This document shows, piece by piece, positions 10,083 to 19,927 of a stretch of 64,000 nucleotides of DNA. The stretch is from Acidobacteriota bacterium (GTDB lineage: Bacteria; Acidobacteriota; UBA890; WLXD01). A program made the position numbers and the translations under genes. Positions within the stretch are counted from its first letter, which is position 1; each line of letters starts with the position of its first letter. Where the stretch lies: NCBI GenBank assembly GCA_963666055.2, contig CAXWPH010000015.1:32001-96000 (forward strand), written 5' to 3'. Below the pieces are notes generated by a model, which was given only the letters and a program-made list of their open reading frames with translations, did no database searches and was not told the DNA's origin.

Positions 10083-11402
10083 TCAGTTCGACGAGATGCG
10101 GTAGAGATAGCGTCCGCCTCGCAGGTACATCTCGCCACCGACGATCGCCGGGGAACCGTCGAACCCGTCATCCAGGCTGTTCTGCGCCAGCACCTTGAAC
10201 TCCGGCCCATTCTCGAGCACGAGGCCTCCGCCATCACGGCCGACGAGATACACGCGGCCGGCCGCCCCCACGGGCGAGGCATAGACCTCGCGTAGCCCCG
10301 CCAATCGCTGTGGGCCATAGCGACGCTGGCCGGTGCTGGCGGTGTACACGGTCAGAATCGGATCGTTGCTCTTCAAGACGTACAGCGCATCGTCGTAAAG
10401 CAGCGGTGAGGGCACATAGGGAGTGTCGCGATCGGCCTGCCAAGCGGTCGCGTCGGTATCGCCGATGTCGCCCACGGCCGTGTCGAGGCGCACGGCGCGC
10501 AGCGCGCTACCGCGGAATCCGGCCATCAGGTAGACGACGCCATCGGCGAATACCGGCGAGGGAATCGAGTTCAGCGTCAGGCCCGGCCCGTCCCAGATCA
10601 GCTCACCGTTGGAGAAATCATAACTGCGTACGCGATTCGTACCCGCCGTGATCACCTGTGTGCGTCCGGCGTGCTCGAGCACGAGCGGCGTGCCCCAGGT
10701 GGTGATCTCGTCGCGGGCGGTGCGCCAGATCTCCTCACCGGTGCGCTTGTCGAGCGCCACGATGTACGACGGTCCCTCGTGGTCCCAGGTAATCACCAGC
10801 GTATCGCCGTACAGCGCGGGTGAGCTCCCCTCGCCGAACTCGCGGCGGGTGGACATGTCGCCCAGATCCTTCTCCCAGACGAGATTGCCGTTCATGTCGT
10901 AGCAGAAGATGCCGCGCGAGCCGAAGTACGCCCACACGTGCTCGCCGTCGGTCATGGCGGAGGCCGACGCGTAGGAGTTGTTGACCTGCCGCGCCTCGTG
11001 CGGGCGCTCCTCGCGCGCTGTGCGCTCCCAGGCCACCGAACCGTCGGCGCGGTTGATCGCCATGACCTTGAAACGCAACGGGCTAGTGGGGCTCGGTGCG
11101 CCGCGGCGTGCTCGGTCGGCAGCGGCGGACGCGTCGGGCTCTCCCACGGCGGTGAGAACGTAGACGCGATCCCCCCACACCACGGGTGTGCCGGAGCCAC
11201 GCCCCGGAATGGCGATCTTCCAGGCGACGTTCTTCGTTTCGCTCCACTCCAACGGGGGATCGCCGTCCGGTGAAACACCCGACATCAGCGGGCCGCGCCA
11301 CACCGGCCATTGGCTTTGGCTCTGGAGCGCAGCAGACCCCACCGGGCTGGCGATCGCGATCGCGCCCAACAAAACGCCAACAACTACATGCCTCAACGCC
11401 AT
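10083..11402 (-). CDS. PQQ-binding-like beta-propeller repeat protein
   Basis: WPVWRGP, repeated SSP...W propeller blades; signal peptide. Confidence 0.85.
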   Translation of the reverse strand: MALRHVVVGVLLGAIAIASPVGSAALQSQSQWPVWRGPLMSGVSPDGDPPLEWSETKNVAWKIAIPGRGSGTPVVWGDRVYVLTAVGEPDASAAADRARRGAPSPTSPLRFKVMAINRADGSVAWERTAREERPHEARQVNNSYASASAMTDGEHVWAYFGSRGIFCYDMNGNLVWEKDLGDMSTRREFGEGSSPALYGDTLVITWDHEGPSYIVALDKRTGEEIWRTARDEITTWGTPLVLEHAGRTQVITAGTNRVRSYDFSNGELIWDGPGLTLNSIPSPVFADGVVYLMAGFRGSALRAVRLDTAVGDIGDTDATAWQADRDTPYVPSPLLYDDALYVLKSNDPILTVYTASTGQRRYGPQRLAGLREVYASPVGAAGRVYLVGRDGGGLVLENGPEFKVLAQNSLDDGFDGSPAIVGGEMYLRGGRYLYRISSN

Positions 11403-11648
11403 ACCTCCGGCTGGTCGACAGAACGTGCCGGCGATGCGGAAGCTTGAGCCACCGCCACCTGCAGTCACAGACACCTACACATCTTCGCTTCTTCCGGCGG
11501 CGACCGCACGACCGTTGCGCAGAAGCTACCGTAAAGAATTGTCAACGACGCCGTCTACACTGCCGGTCGTGCCGGCACGCTATCTGCGGCACCAGCGAGA
11601 CCAGCGTGCCATACCCACCAGAGCACCCGACCAGAGGAAACAGAGCCG

Positions 11649-13028
11649 ATGACCGAAAACTACGACGCCCTCATCATCGGGACCGGACAGGCCGGTCCCT
11701 CGCTGGCGGCTCGTCTGGCCGGCGAAGACTGGAAGGTCGCGATCATCGAGCGCAGCCGGTTCGGCGGCACGTGCGTGAATGAGGGATGCACGCCAACCAA
11801 GGCGCTGGTGGCAAGCGCCCGGGTCGCCCACGTCGCACGGCGAGCAGCCGACTACGGTGTCGAGATCGACGGCTCCATCGCCGTCAACATGGCTGCCGTC
11901 AAAGCAAGGAAGGACCGCATCGTCCAGCGCTCCACCACGAACGTGGAGAAGTGGCTGCGGGGCCTGGACAATTGCACTGTGTACCAGGGCCATGCCCGCT
12001 TCGAAGGGTCCTCGACGGTCAGGGTCGGCGACACGTGTCTGCATGCCGACAAGATCTTCGTCAACGTCGGCACACGCCCGTCGGTGCCACCGATGCCCGG
12101 TCTGAACGAGGTTGAGTACCTGACCAGCTCGCAGATGATGGACGTGGACTTCGTGCCCGAACACCTGGTGATTATCGGCGGCAGCTACATCGGCCTCGAG
12201 TTCGGGCAGATGTACCGTCGATTCGGCAGCGAGGTCACCATCGTCCAGCGCGGCCCCAGGTTGATACCGCGCGACGATGAGGACGTGTCGGAGGCGGTGC
12301 GCGAGATCCTCGCCAACGAGGGCATCGACATCCGCCTGAACGCCGAGTGCACCGAGGCCGAGGCACAGGGCGAGGGCGTGCGTGTGCGGCTCGACTGCGA
12401 CGCCGGTGCCCCCGCGGTCGAGGGCTCGCATCTTCTGCTGGCCGTCGGCAGGCGTCCCAACACCGACGATCTGGGTCTCGAGACGACGGGCATCGAGGTG
12501 AACGAGCGCGGCACCATCGTGGTGGACGAGGAGCTGCAAACCGCCGAGCCTGGCATCTGGGCACTAGGCGACTGCAACGGACGGGGCGCGTTCACTCACA
12601 CCTCCTACAACGACTACGAGATCGTCGCCGCCAACCTGCTCGGCGGCGACACGCGGCGGGTCAGCGACCGCTTCCTGTGCTACGGCCTGTTCATCGATCC
12701 ACCGCTGGCGCGCGTCGGACTGACCGAGGCCGAGGTGCGGCGCTCAGGCCGCCCCGCGCTGGTTGCCAAGCGCCCGATGAGCCGGGTGTCGCGGGCTATC
12801 GAGAAGGGCGAAACGCAAGGCTTCATGAAGATCGCCGTCGACGCCGAGACCAAGCTGATATTGGGCGCGGCAATCCTCGGAACCGGTGGCGACGAGAGCA
12901 TCCACTGCATCATCGACGTGATGTATGCCAAGGCCCCATACACGGTCATCGAGCGCGCCGTCCACATCCATCCGACCGTTGCGGAGCTCATTCCCACCCT
13001 GCTGAGCGATCTCGAGCCGCTGCAGTAG
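11649..13028 (+). CDS. FAD-dependent pyridine nucleotide-disulfide oxidoreductase (LpdA/MerA superfamily)
   Basis: GTGQAG, GGTCVNEGC redox pair, GGSYIGLE, HPTVAE. Confidence 0.9.
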   Translation: MTENYDALIIGTGQAGPSLAARLAGEDWKVAIIERSRFGGTCVNEGCTPTKALVASARVAHVARRAADYGVEIDGSIAVNMAAVKARKDRIVQRSTTNVEKWLRGLDNCTVYQGHARFEGSSTVRVGDTCLHADKIFVNVGTRPSVPPMPGLNEVEYLTSSQMMDVDFVPEHLVIIGGSYIGLEFGQMYRRFGSEVTIVQRGPRLIPRDDEDVSEAVREILANEGIDIRLNAECTEAEAQGEGVRVRLDCDAGAPAVEGSHLLLAVGRRPNTDDLGLETTGIEVNERGTIVVDEELQTAEPGIWALGDCNGRGAFTHTSYNDYEIVAANLLGGDTRRVSDRFLCYGLFIDPPLARVGLTEAEVRRSGRPALVAKRPMSRVSRAIEKGETQGFMKIAVDAETKLILGAAILGTGGDESIHCIIDVMYAKAPYTVIERAVHIHPTVAELIPTLLSDLEPLQ

Positions 13029-13069
13029 CCGCGACCGGGCCATCCCGTATCGACTGGTTAGACACGACG

Positions 13070-13729
13070 TCAGCGAGCGCCGCTGCGTGGGCGCAAGCCG
13101 TCGAGCAAGATCGTGGTGAGGATCTCCGGGAGCTCGTCGCGCCGCTCATCGACCGCTTCGTCGCCCAGCAGTCGCTGCAGGATCAGCCCCAGGATGGTCG
13201 CCGTTACCACTCTGGCGGCGAGCGCCGGATCCGCCGTGTGCACGCTACCGCGGGCCGCCAGATCGGCCAACAAGGTCTCGCCCAGCTCGGTTGCCGGCCG
13301 CAGTACCTGCTCGTAGTAGTCGCGTCGATGCTGCGGGTCGATGAGCAGCTCGGGCCACGTGGCGCGCAGCAGCTCGAGCCGCTGCCAGAGGGTGTCTAGC
13401 CGATGCCTGAGATAGGCGCCAAGCAGCTCGCGAAAACCCGACGCCGGCCGTTGGCCCAGGTCGATCTTGCGGCGCTCGGCCTCGGTGAGGCGACCCAGAA
13501 GGCCGAGCAACAGATCGCTCTTGTCGCTGAAGTAGTTGTAGATCGTCCCGTCTGCCACTCCGGCGCGTCGAGCGATCGCCCGTACGGTGGCGCGCTGATA
13601 GCCGACCGCGGCGATCTCCTCGGTGGCGGCATCGAGAATGTGCTCGCGGCGTCGGCGGGCTCGATCGACGCTGTTCGGGGATCCGCGGTGTGTCCCCGGC
13701 CGGGGTTCAGGCAAGAAGGCGCTTTCCAT
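13070..13729 (-). CDS. TetR/AcrR family transcriptional regulator
   Basis: ATVRAIARRAGVADGTIYNYFSDK HTH. Confidence 0.92.
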   Translation of the reverse strand: MESAFLPEPRPGTHRGSPNSVDRARRRREHILDAATEEIAAVGYQRATVRAIARRAGVADGTIYNYFSDKSDLLLGLLGRLTEAERRKIDLGQRPASGFRELLGAYLRHRLDTLWQRLELLRATWPELLIDPQHRRDYYEQVLRPATELGETLLADLAARGSVHTADPALAARVVTATILGLILQRLLGDEAVDERRDELPEILTTILLDGLRPRSGAR

Positions 13730-13750
13730 AGCCGTTCATCTAGTAGAATC

Positions 13751-13787
13751 TGAATGATCATTCATTCAAATAATGAACGATCATTCA
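13751..13787. promoter_or_regulatory. Two tandem palindromic operators, probably bound by the adjacent TetR
   Basis: Perfect palindrome TGAATGATCATTCA (13751-13764) and a one-mismatch copy TGAACGATCATTCA (13774-13787) in an AT-rich patch just upstream of the tetR start. Confidence 0.75.
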
Positions 13788-13880
13788 TCACATCGCAAGG
13801 TCCGCCTCGTACAACATCGAGTGGCGCTCTGCTCACCCTCGTCGCACCTCGCCCGCCACCATCGGCAGCTTGCCTTCGCC

Positions 13881-13930
13881 TCGCATGACCCTGTCGCCAG
13901 GTCCGCCACACCTCCACCACGGCCTGCTGG
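13881..13930 (-). repeat. CTAG-ended repeat family, half copy
   Basis: GACCCTGTCGCCAGGTCCGCCACACCTCCACCACGGCCTGCTGG. Confidence 0.8.
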
Positions 13931-13992
13931 CAGCCGGCGCGGTCCGCGGCTACAGTCATGGCGCCGCTCCGACCAAGCGAGGCGAACCTCCG

Positions 13993-15303
13993 TTGCAAGC
14001 ACTGCCGACGCCAGATGAGCTCCGTATTCGGCGTCTTGGCATGCCTCGGCAAGCCTCGCCGCTAGTGTCGCGGGGCGTCGTGTTGGTAGCCGACGATCTC
14101 GGCGTCCTGATCCCGTCGGACACCGAAACGCTGGGCGACGTCGAGGGTCCGGTGCCGGCGTTCGAAGCCGCCGGGCCGCGCCATCGGGTCTTCTTCGACC
14201 CGCCGAAAACGAGCATCGGCATCGTCACCTGCGGCGGATTGTGCCCGGGGATCAACGATGTCATCCGCGCCATCGTGCTCACCGCGTGGCACGGGTACGG
14301 TGTGCGCCGGGTTCTCGGATTCCGCTACGGCTACGCCGGCCTGTCGGCGTCTTCCGGACTGCCGCCGATGACGCTCGAGCCCGACGTCGTACACGACATC
14401 CATGCCCTTGGCGGGACCATCTTGGGCTCCGGCCGCGGACCCGAGAAGATCGCCGATATGGTCGACGAGTTGCAGCGACGTCAGATCGACGTGCTCTTCG
14501 CCATCGGCGGTGGCGGCACCCTGGCCGGCGCTTCGCAGTTGGCAGCGGAGATCACCCGACGCGATCTGCCTATCGCCGTGGTCGGTATTCCGAAGACCAT
14601 CGACAATGACATCCTGTGGCTGGAGCGGAGCTTCGGGTTCGCTACCGCGGTGAACGAAGCGGCACGATCGATCGTCGCGGCTCACACCGAAGCACACGCG
14701 GTGCGCAACGGGATCGGGTTGGTGAAGCTCATGGGCCGTTGCTCTGGCTTCATCGCCGCCCATGCGACGTTGGCCCACAACCAGGTCAACTTCTGCCTCA
14801 TACCCGAGTCGCCCTTCTCGCTCCAAGGAGAGAGCGGCTTCCTACGTCTGCTCGAGCGAAGAGTAGAAGCCCGAGGCCACGCGGTCATCGTCGTCGCCGA
14901 GGGCGCTGGCCAGGAGCACACCGGGCGCAAGGGGCCGGCTCGCGATGTCTCCGGCAACCCCACTCTTGCCGACATCGGCAGCTTTCTGAGAGAGCGCATC
15001 TTGGAGCACTTCCGCTCCCACGGCATCGCCGCGGCGGCGAAGTATATTGACCCGAGCTATCTGATCCGCAGCCTGCCGGCTAACGCCTTCGATTCGGCTC
15101 TTTGCCTGACTCTCGGCCAGCACGCCGTGCACGCAGGACTCAGTGGCCGAACCGACATGCTGGTGGGTACCTGGGGCGGGCGCTATACGCACGTGCCGCT
15201 ACCCTTGGCAACCAGCGAGCGGCGGCAGATCGACGTTCAAGGCGCAGTATGGCAACGGGTGCTCGAGGCCACCGGTCAGCCAGCCGTCATGCGCGGTGAC
15301 TGA
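13993..15303 (+). CDS. pfkA: ATP-dependent 6-phosphofructokinase (long/group X type)
   Basis: IVTCGGLCPGINDVIR, GGTILG, PKTIDND, KLMGR, KYIDPSY; TTG start chosen because the upstream in-frame region is a repeat. Confidence 0.88.
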   Translation: MQALPTPDELRIRRLGMPRQASPLVSRGVVLVADDLGVLIPSDTETLGDVEGPVPAFEAAGPRHRVFFDPPKTSIGIVTCGGLCPGINDVIRAIVLTAWHGYGVRRVLGFRYGYAGLSASSGLPPMTLEPDVVHDIHALGGTILGSGRGPEKIADMVDELQRRQIDVLFAIGGGGTLAGASQLAAEITRRDLPIAVVGIPKTIDNDILWLERSFGFATAVNEAARSIVAAHTEAHAVRNGIGLVKLMGRCSGFIAAHATLAHNQVNFCLIPESPFSLQGESGFLRLLERRVEARGHAVIVVAEGAGQEHTGRKGPARDVSGNPTLADIGSFLRERILEHFRSHGIAAAAKYIDPSYLIRSLPANAFDSALCLTLGQHAVHAGLSGRTDMLVGTWGGRYTHVPLPLATSERRQIDVQGAVWQRVLEATGQPAVMRGD

Positions 15304-15330
15304 GCGCAACCTTGCGGTTCGCCGCGCGTC

Positions 15331-15607
15331 TAGCAGGGTGCTGAAAAACTCTGGTGAGTCTGGCCGGTGGGTCTTGCTGGCGAGATCAAGGAAGAGCGAC
15401 GAGGGCGATGCCAGGGTCATCGTCGAGGAGCTCTGACGCTGAGATCGCCAGCAAGACCCACCCGCCCAACGGGTTACGGCGTCGTGGAGCCATCTGCAGC
15501 GTTGGCCCTCCTGGACGATACGACAAGCATCGCCTGCGTCGCGCCGCCTTGCATCTGGCCCCACGACGCCGTAACCAGACCCACCAGAGTTCTTCAGCAC
15601 CCTGCTA
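15331..15607. mobile_element. MITE/REP-like non-coding element with ~33-bp terminal inverted repeats and two internal hairpin units
   Basis: TAGCAGGGTGCTGAAAAACTCTGGTGAGTCTGG ... CCAGACCCACCAGAGTTCTTCAGCACCCTGCTA; internal 18-bp perfect stem 15366-15383/15445-15462. Confidence 0.75.
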
Positions 15608-15672
15608 AGCAGTAGTGTGATCGTGATCGGTCGCACCGACGCCGACGATCCGATTCACGCACGCGAGTCGCC

Positions 15673-17337
15673 GTGAGTAGCGCACGCAAGCTCTCGAGCC
15701 CAGGGTTCGACGAGGAAATACGCACCTACCTGCAGCAGCGCCTGCGGTTGCTCGCCGGTGCCGTCACCGTCATCACCGGCGTGCTGGCCGCGGCGTTCGT
15801 CGTCGCGTCGTGGCAACGGGGCGACGATGGCCTGCTGACCGTGTTGGTGGCGTTCGTCACCACGTTGCCCAACGCGGCGCTGTTCTGGCTGGTCGTCGGA
15901 GCGTCGGTTATTCGGCGCGGTCTGCAGAGCCACCGACTGTCAGAGCGCGGCCTGGCCATGCTCGACGGCCTGCTGCTGCAGATTCTTGTCGCCCCCTGTC
16001 TGCTGCTCTATGCAAGCTCGCACACATTCTCCTTCTCCGGATTCGGGTCGGTACTGCCGTTCTTGACCCTGTTCATACTGACGCGTGCGACGCTGGTACC
16101 GAGCTCGGCGGCACGCACGTTCTGGCTTTCGATCTCGGCCCCGATCGGGGTGCTGTCGATCCAGTTGTGGCAGGGGGCCTCATACGCTTTCCCCGATCAG
16201 CCCTACCCCCGCAGCCACTACGTCGACATTCTGATTCAGAACCAGATATTGCTCGCCGGCGCCATCGGCGTGGCCTGCGTCGCTTCTCGCGTAAACCTCG
16301 GGCTGCGGCGCCGCAGCTACGAGGCTGGACACCTCGGCCAATACGAGATCCACGGCAAGCTCGGCGCCGGGGCCATGGGCGAGGTCTATGCCGCCACCCA
16401 TTCACTGTTGAACCGCCCCACGGCGATCAAGCTGCTGCGCCCCGAGATCGCCGGCGAGAGCGCGCTGCTCCGATTCGAGCGCGAGGTCAAGCAGACAAGC
16501 CGCCTGACCCATCCCAACTCGGTCGGCATCTATGACTACGGGCACACCGCTGACGGCGTGTTCTATTACGCCATGGAGCTACTCGACGGCGCCAACCTGC
16601 GAGAGATCGTCGAGGGCACCGGCGCCATGCCCGCTGGACGAGTCATCCACGTGCTGTCCGCCGCCTGCGGCGCGCTTGCCGAGGCGCACTCGGAGGGAAT
16701 GGTGCATCGCGATATCAAGCCCGCCAACATCATGCTCTGCCGGCAGGGGGGCGAGAACGATGTCGTCAAGAACCTCGACTTCGGCCTGGTGAAGAGCCTC
16801 AGCCAGCAGGCCCCGGAGCTCGACGGCATGATCATGGGAACGCCAGAGACCATGGCTCCGGAGGCGGTGTACCCCGAGATGATGGGGCCGCGCGCCGACC
16901 TGTACTCGTTGTCCGCCGTCGGCTACTACCTACTCACCGGCACGCCGTTGTTCGTCGCAACTGATGTTCGCGAGTACATCCGCCTGCACCAGACCAAGCA
17001 GCCGGAGCCGCCGCGATCGCTCAACCCCGAGATCCCCCGCGACCTGGAGCAGGTGATCCTCAAGGGGCTCTCCAAGGACCCTGGAATGCGCGCCAAGAAC
17101 GCCGTTACCATGCGCGCCCAGCTGCTCGATTGCGAGGCCGCCGGCAGCTGGCTCGCGACTGATGCCGACGAGTGGTGGTCGGGCTTCGAGAAACCATCAC
17201 CGATGCAGCACTCCACCAGCTCCACTGGCTCCGAGAGCATCCTGGCAACGGCGCTGATCGGCGAGGCCACGGCGCTGCTGATCGACAGCACTGCTTTCGA
17301 TGCCCTCGACGACGGGGACGCCGAAGCCGACGGTTAG
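15673..17337 (+). CDS. Ser/Thr protein kinase with N-terminal multi-pass membrane domain
   Basis: GAGAMGEVY, AIK, HRDIKPAN, DFG, GTPETMAPE; about six TM segments upstream. Confidence 0.92.
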   Translation: MSSARKLSSPGFDEEIRTYLQQRLRLLAGAVTVITGVLAAAFVVASWQRGDDGLLTVLVAFVTTLPNAALFWLVVGASVIRRGLQSHRLSERGLAMLDGLLLQILVAPCLLLYASSHTFSFSGFGSVLPFLTLFILTRATLVPSSAARTFWLSISAPIGVLSIQLWQGASYAFPDQPYPRSHYVDILIQNQILLAGAIGVACVASRVNLGLRRRSYEAGHLGQYEIHGKLGAGAMGEVYAATHSLLNRPTAIKLLRPEIAGESALLRFEREVKQTSRLTHPNSVGIYDYGHTADGVFYYAMELLDGANLREIVEGTGAMPAGRVIHVLSAACGALAEAHSEGMVHRDIKPANIMLCRQGGENDVVKNLDFGLVKSLSQQAPELDGMIMGTPETMAPEAVYPEMMGPRADLYSLSAVGYYLLTGTPLFVATDVREYIRLHQTKQPEPPRSLNPEIPRDLEQVILKGLSKDPGMRAKNAVTMRAQLLDCEAAGSWLATDADEWWSGFEKPSPMQHSTSSTGSESILATALIGEATALLIDSTAFDALDDGDAEADG

Positions 17338-17428
17338 CAGGCCGTGCGGCGCGGTCGACTCAGCCCGAGCCCGCGACGCTTCTGCTGTACGCTGGGGGTT
17401 GCTGCCAACCCGCCCTCCGAGGTCCCAG

Positions 17429-17923
17429 ATGCGTAATCCAATCCTCTTCGCTCTGCTCACCGCAATGTGCTGGGGACTGTACGGCCCAACGCTGGCGCAG
17501 GCCCGCACGTCGCTGTCGAGCCCGTTCAAGCCGTACTTCTTGATTGGTCTCGCATACATCGTGTGGGCCATCGTCGGTGGCCTGATAGGTATGCGTATCA
17601 ACGGCGACGAGCTGTCTATCAGCAGCACCGGTGCATTCTGGGGCCTCGCCGCCGGCACGCTCGGCGCCTGGGGTGCTCTGAATTTGACCCTCGCCATGTT
17701 CACCGGGGGCGCTGCCCTCCCCCATTTGGTCATGCCGATCGTGTTCGGTGGCGCGGTGACGATTTCCGCCCTCGTTACCTTGCCGCGGGCCGAGCACGTC
17801 AGCCCGTGGCTGTGGCTCGGCATCCTCGTCGTCGGTGCGGGCATCGTCATGGTGGCCTACAACACCCCGCACGCCGTGCCGCCGGGTAGGCCGCCAGCCG
17901 TTGAGTCGGCCCAGGCCGACTGA
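17429..17923 (+). CDS. Small multi-pass membrane protein (EamA-like)
   Basis: Five hydrophobic segments, CWGLYGP, MPIVFGGA. Confidence 0.7.
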   Translation: MRNPILFALLTAMCWGLYGPTLAQARTSLSSPFKPYFLIGLAYIVWAIVGGLIGMRINGDELSISSTGAFWGLAAGTLGAWGALNLTLAMFTGGAALPHLVMPIVFGGAVTISALVTLPRAEHVSPWLWLGILVVGAGIVMVAYNTPHAVPPGRPPAVESAQAD

Positions 17924-18068
17924 GCCGCCCCTTGCAGCGAGGATCCCTGCCCATACCCCTGACCTCCTTCCAGACGGTAAGATCGACTCGGCAGGCGCTT
18001 CGGCTTCAGGCCAGAAGCACCCACCACCGCCAAGACGCAGTCCTACCGAGCAACGCCGGAGTTCCGAC

Positions 18069-18527
18069 ATGAGCACCAAGCGAATCGTTGCGATCGCCGT
18101 AGTCCTGGTCGCCTTCGCGGGCGGCTGGCTGTACGCCGGACGCACACCGCTGGTCGACGGCACCAAGGTCGTGATGTACCAGAACCCGGCTTGCGGTTGC
18201 TGCAGCAAGTGGGCGGCGCATATGGAAGCCAACGGGTTTACCGTCGAGATTCACAAGACCGACCAGCTCAACAGCATCAAGGAGCGTGAGGGGATCACGC
18301 CCGAAACCGCCGGTTGCCATACGTCGATGGTCGACGGCTATCTGGTCGAGGGTCACGTGCCGGCGCGCGAGGTCGCGCGGTTGCTCAGCGACCGGCCCGA
18401 GATCAAGGGCATCACCGTGCCCGGGATGCCGATGGGCGCGCCCGGCATGGAGGGCGGCCGGGCGGACCGTTACGACGTGCTGGCGATCGACCACGAGGGC
18501 AACACACAGGTCTTCGCCAGCTACTGA
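18069..18527 (+). CDS. DUF411 family metal-binding protein
   Basis: CGCCSKW, GCHT, EGHVPA, VPGMPMGAPGME. Confidence 0.9.
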   Translation: MSTKRIVAIAVVLVAFAGGWLYAGRTPLVDGTKVVMYQNPACGCCSKWAAHMEANGFTVEIHKTDQLNSIKEREGITPETAGCHTSMVDGYLVEGHVPAREVARLLSDRPEIKGITVPGMPMGAPGMEGGRADRYDVLAIDHEGNTQVFASY

Positions 18528-18596
18528 TGACGCGCCTGAGCCGAGCCGTCGGCGGGCTCGCGGTGACGGTGCTGCGCTGCCGGCGCCTCCGCGACG

Positions 18597-19166
18597 GTGG
18601 CGCGACAGGAGTCGTCTGAAGACCTGGAGGCGCTCTACCAGCGAGGCATCGCTTTTGATCAGTTTCTCGATCTGGCGGACCAGCGCCGGGAGGCCTGGCT
18701 TCGCAACTACGCGGAAGGTGTCCCGTCGCCGGCGGCTCTCGATCGGGCGCGTCGCGTGGGCGCTTCGGCCAGACTTCTCGTGGTGGCCGAAGACTGGTGC
18801 GGTGACTCGGTGAACACCATCCTCTATCTGGCCCGTTTGGTCGAAGCGGTAGCGGGACTGGAGATGCGAATCGTCAACTCCCATGTCGGCGCGGCGGTGA
18901 TGCGGCACCGCCGCACTCCCGATGGCCGCCCCGCCACGCCGACCGTCATCGCCCTCGACAGCAACTACAACGAGGTCGGCAGCTGGATCGAGCGCCCCGG
19001 CGTGCTGCAGGAATGGTTTCTGGGCAACGAGGACGAGCTGCCGAGCAAGGAGCTCTACGACCGTAAGTACGCGTGGTACGCCCAAGACGCCGGCAACGAG
19101 ACGGTGAGCGATATCACCTCGCTGCTCGAGCGCGCTTTCGGCACCGCCGAGGCGCAGAACAACTAG
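18597..19166 (+). CDS. Thioredoxin-like protein
   Basis: AEDWCGDS, WIERP; a likely signal peptide from ATG 18527 is out of frame (shift near 18573). Confidence 0.8.
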   Translation: MARQESSEDLEALYQRGIAFDQFLDLADQRREAWLRNYAEGVPSPAALDRARRVGASARLLVVAEDWCGDSVNTILYLARLVEAVAGLEMRIVNSHVGAAVMRHRRTPDGRPATPTVIALDSNYNEVGSWIERPGVLQEWFLGNEDELPSKELYDRKYAWYAQDAGNETVSDITSLLERAFGTAEAQNN

Positions 19167-19180
19167 CAGCCCGCGGCCGG

Positions 19181-19459
19181 CTAGCTGTCGGTGGGTCGGC
19201 GACCGAAGCGGCCGCGCAGAAAGTCTCCCAAGCGCACATGCTTCAGCGCCGCGCCGCCCTTGTCCTTGGCGGCGCGTAGCAGACGCCGTGCCCAGGCCCA
19301 CTCCAGGCCGAGGATCGCCAGCCCGATAGGAATTACCAGCAACGCTGGACCCGGCGTGACGAGCAGTACGAGGCCGATCAACAGCACCGTCACTCCAACC
19401 AGCGTCACGATGATGCGGCGCGCCGCCTTGTAGGTCAGGTCCGCGAGCCCTACCAGCAT
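19181..19459 (-). CDS. PGPGW domain membrane protein
   Basis: LVTPGPALLVIPIGLAILGLEWAWARR. Confidence 0.85.
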   Translation of the reverse strand: MLVGLADLTYKAARRIIVTLVGVTVLLIGLVLLVTPGPALLVIPIGLAILGLEWAWARRLLRAAKDKGGAALKHVRLGDFLRGRFGRRPTDS

Positions 19460-19507
19460 AAGCGCTTCCGCCCACCCCCGCGCCACCACGACCCGCTAGT
19501 GTGCTGT

Positions 19508-19885
19508 CTACCCGGCATCATTAGCCCGTCGCAGCTGCTCGACCAGGTTCTGAATTCCTTCGCGAGCTAGCACGATGGCATGCACCTTCATCGGGGGCAG
19601 CGGCCCGAGCACGGAACGAATATCCTCGTCCTTGATAGACGCGGCTTCGTCGATCGTTGTTCCGGAAATCAACTCCGATGCGACAGATCCGGCAGCGATG
19701 GCGGCAGCGCACCCGTAGGCTTTGAATCGAGCTTCGATGATCACGCCGTCGCGGCAACTTGCTACCAACCGCAGCATGTCGCCGCAGACAGGATTGTGCA
19801 CCAGTGCCACCGCGTCAGGCTCGGCAAGATCGCCGAGATTACGAGGGTTGTTGTAGTGATCTGCGAGACCGCTCGTGTCCGTCAT
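19508..19885 (-). CDS. IscU/NifU-N type Fe-S scaffold homologue
   Basis: DHYNNPRNLG, PVCGD, FKAYGCAAAIA. Confidence 0.85.
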   Translation of the reverse strand: MTDTSGLADHYNNPRNLGDLAEPDAVALVHNPVCGDMLRLVASCRDGVIIEARFKAYGCAAAIAAGSVASELISGTTIDEAASIKDEDIRSVLGPLPPMKVHAIVLAREGIQNLVEQLRRANDAG

Positions 19886-19927
19886 GTCGCTCGCTGGAAG
19901 AATCCGAAACAATGGATCTAGGCAAGC

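Noticed and set aside
11649-13028. Mercuric reductase MerA
   Set aside because: No C-terminal Cys-Cys pair, ends in the LpdA-type HPTVAE motif, and no mer genes are nearby
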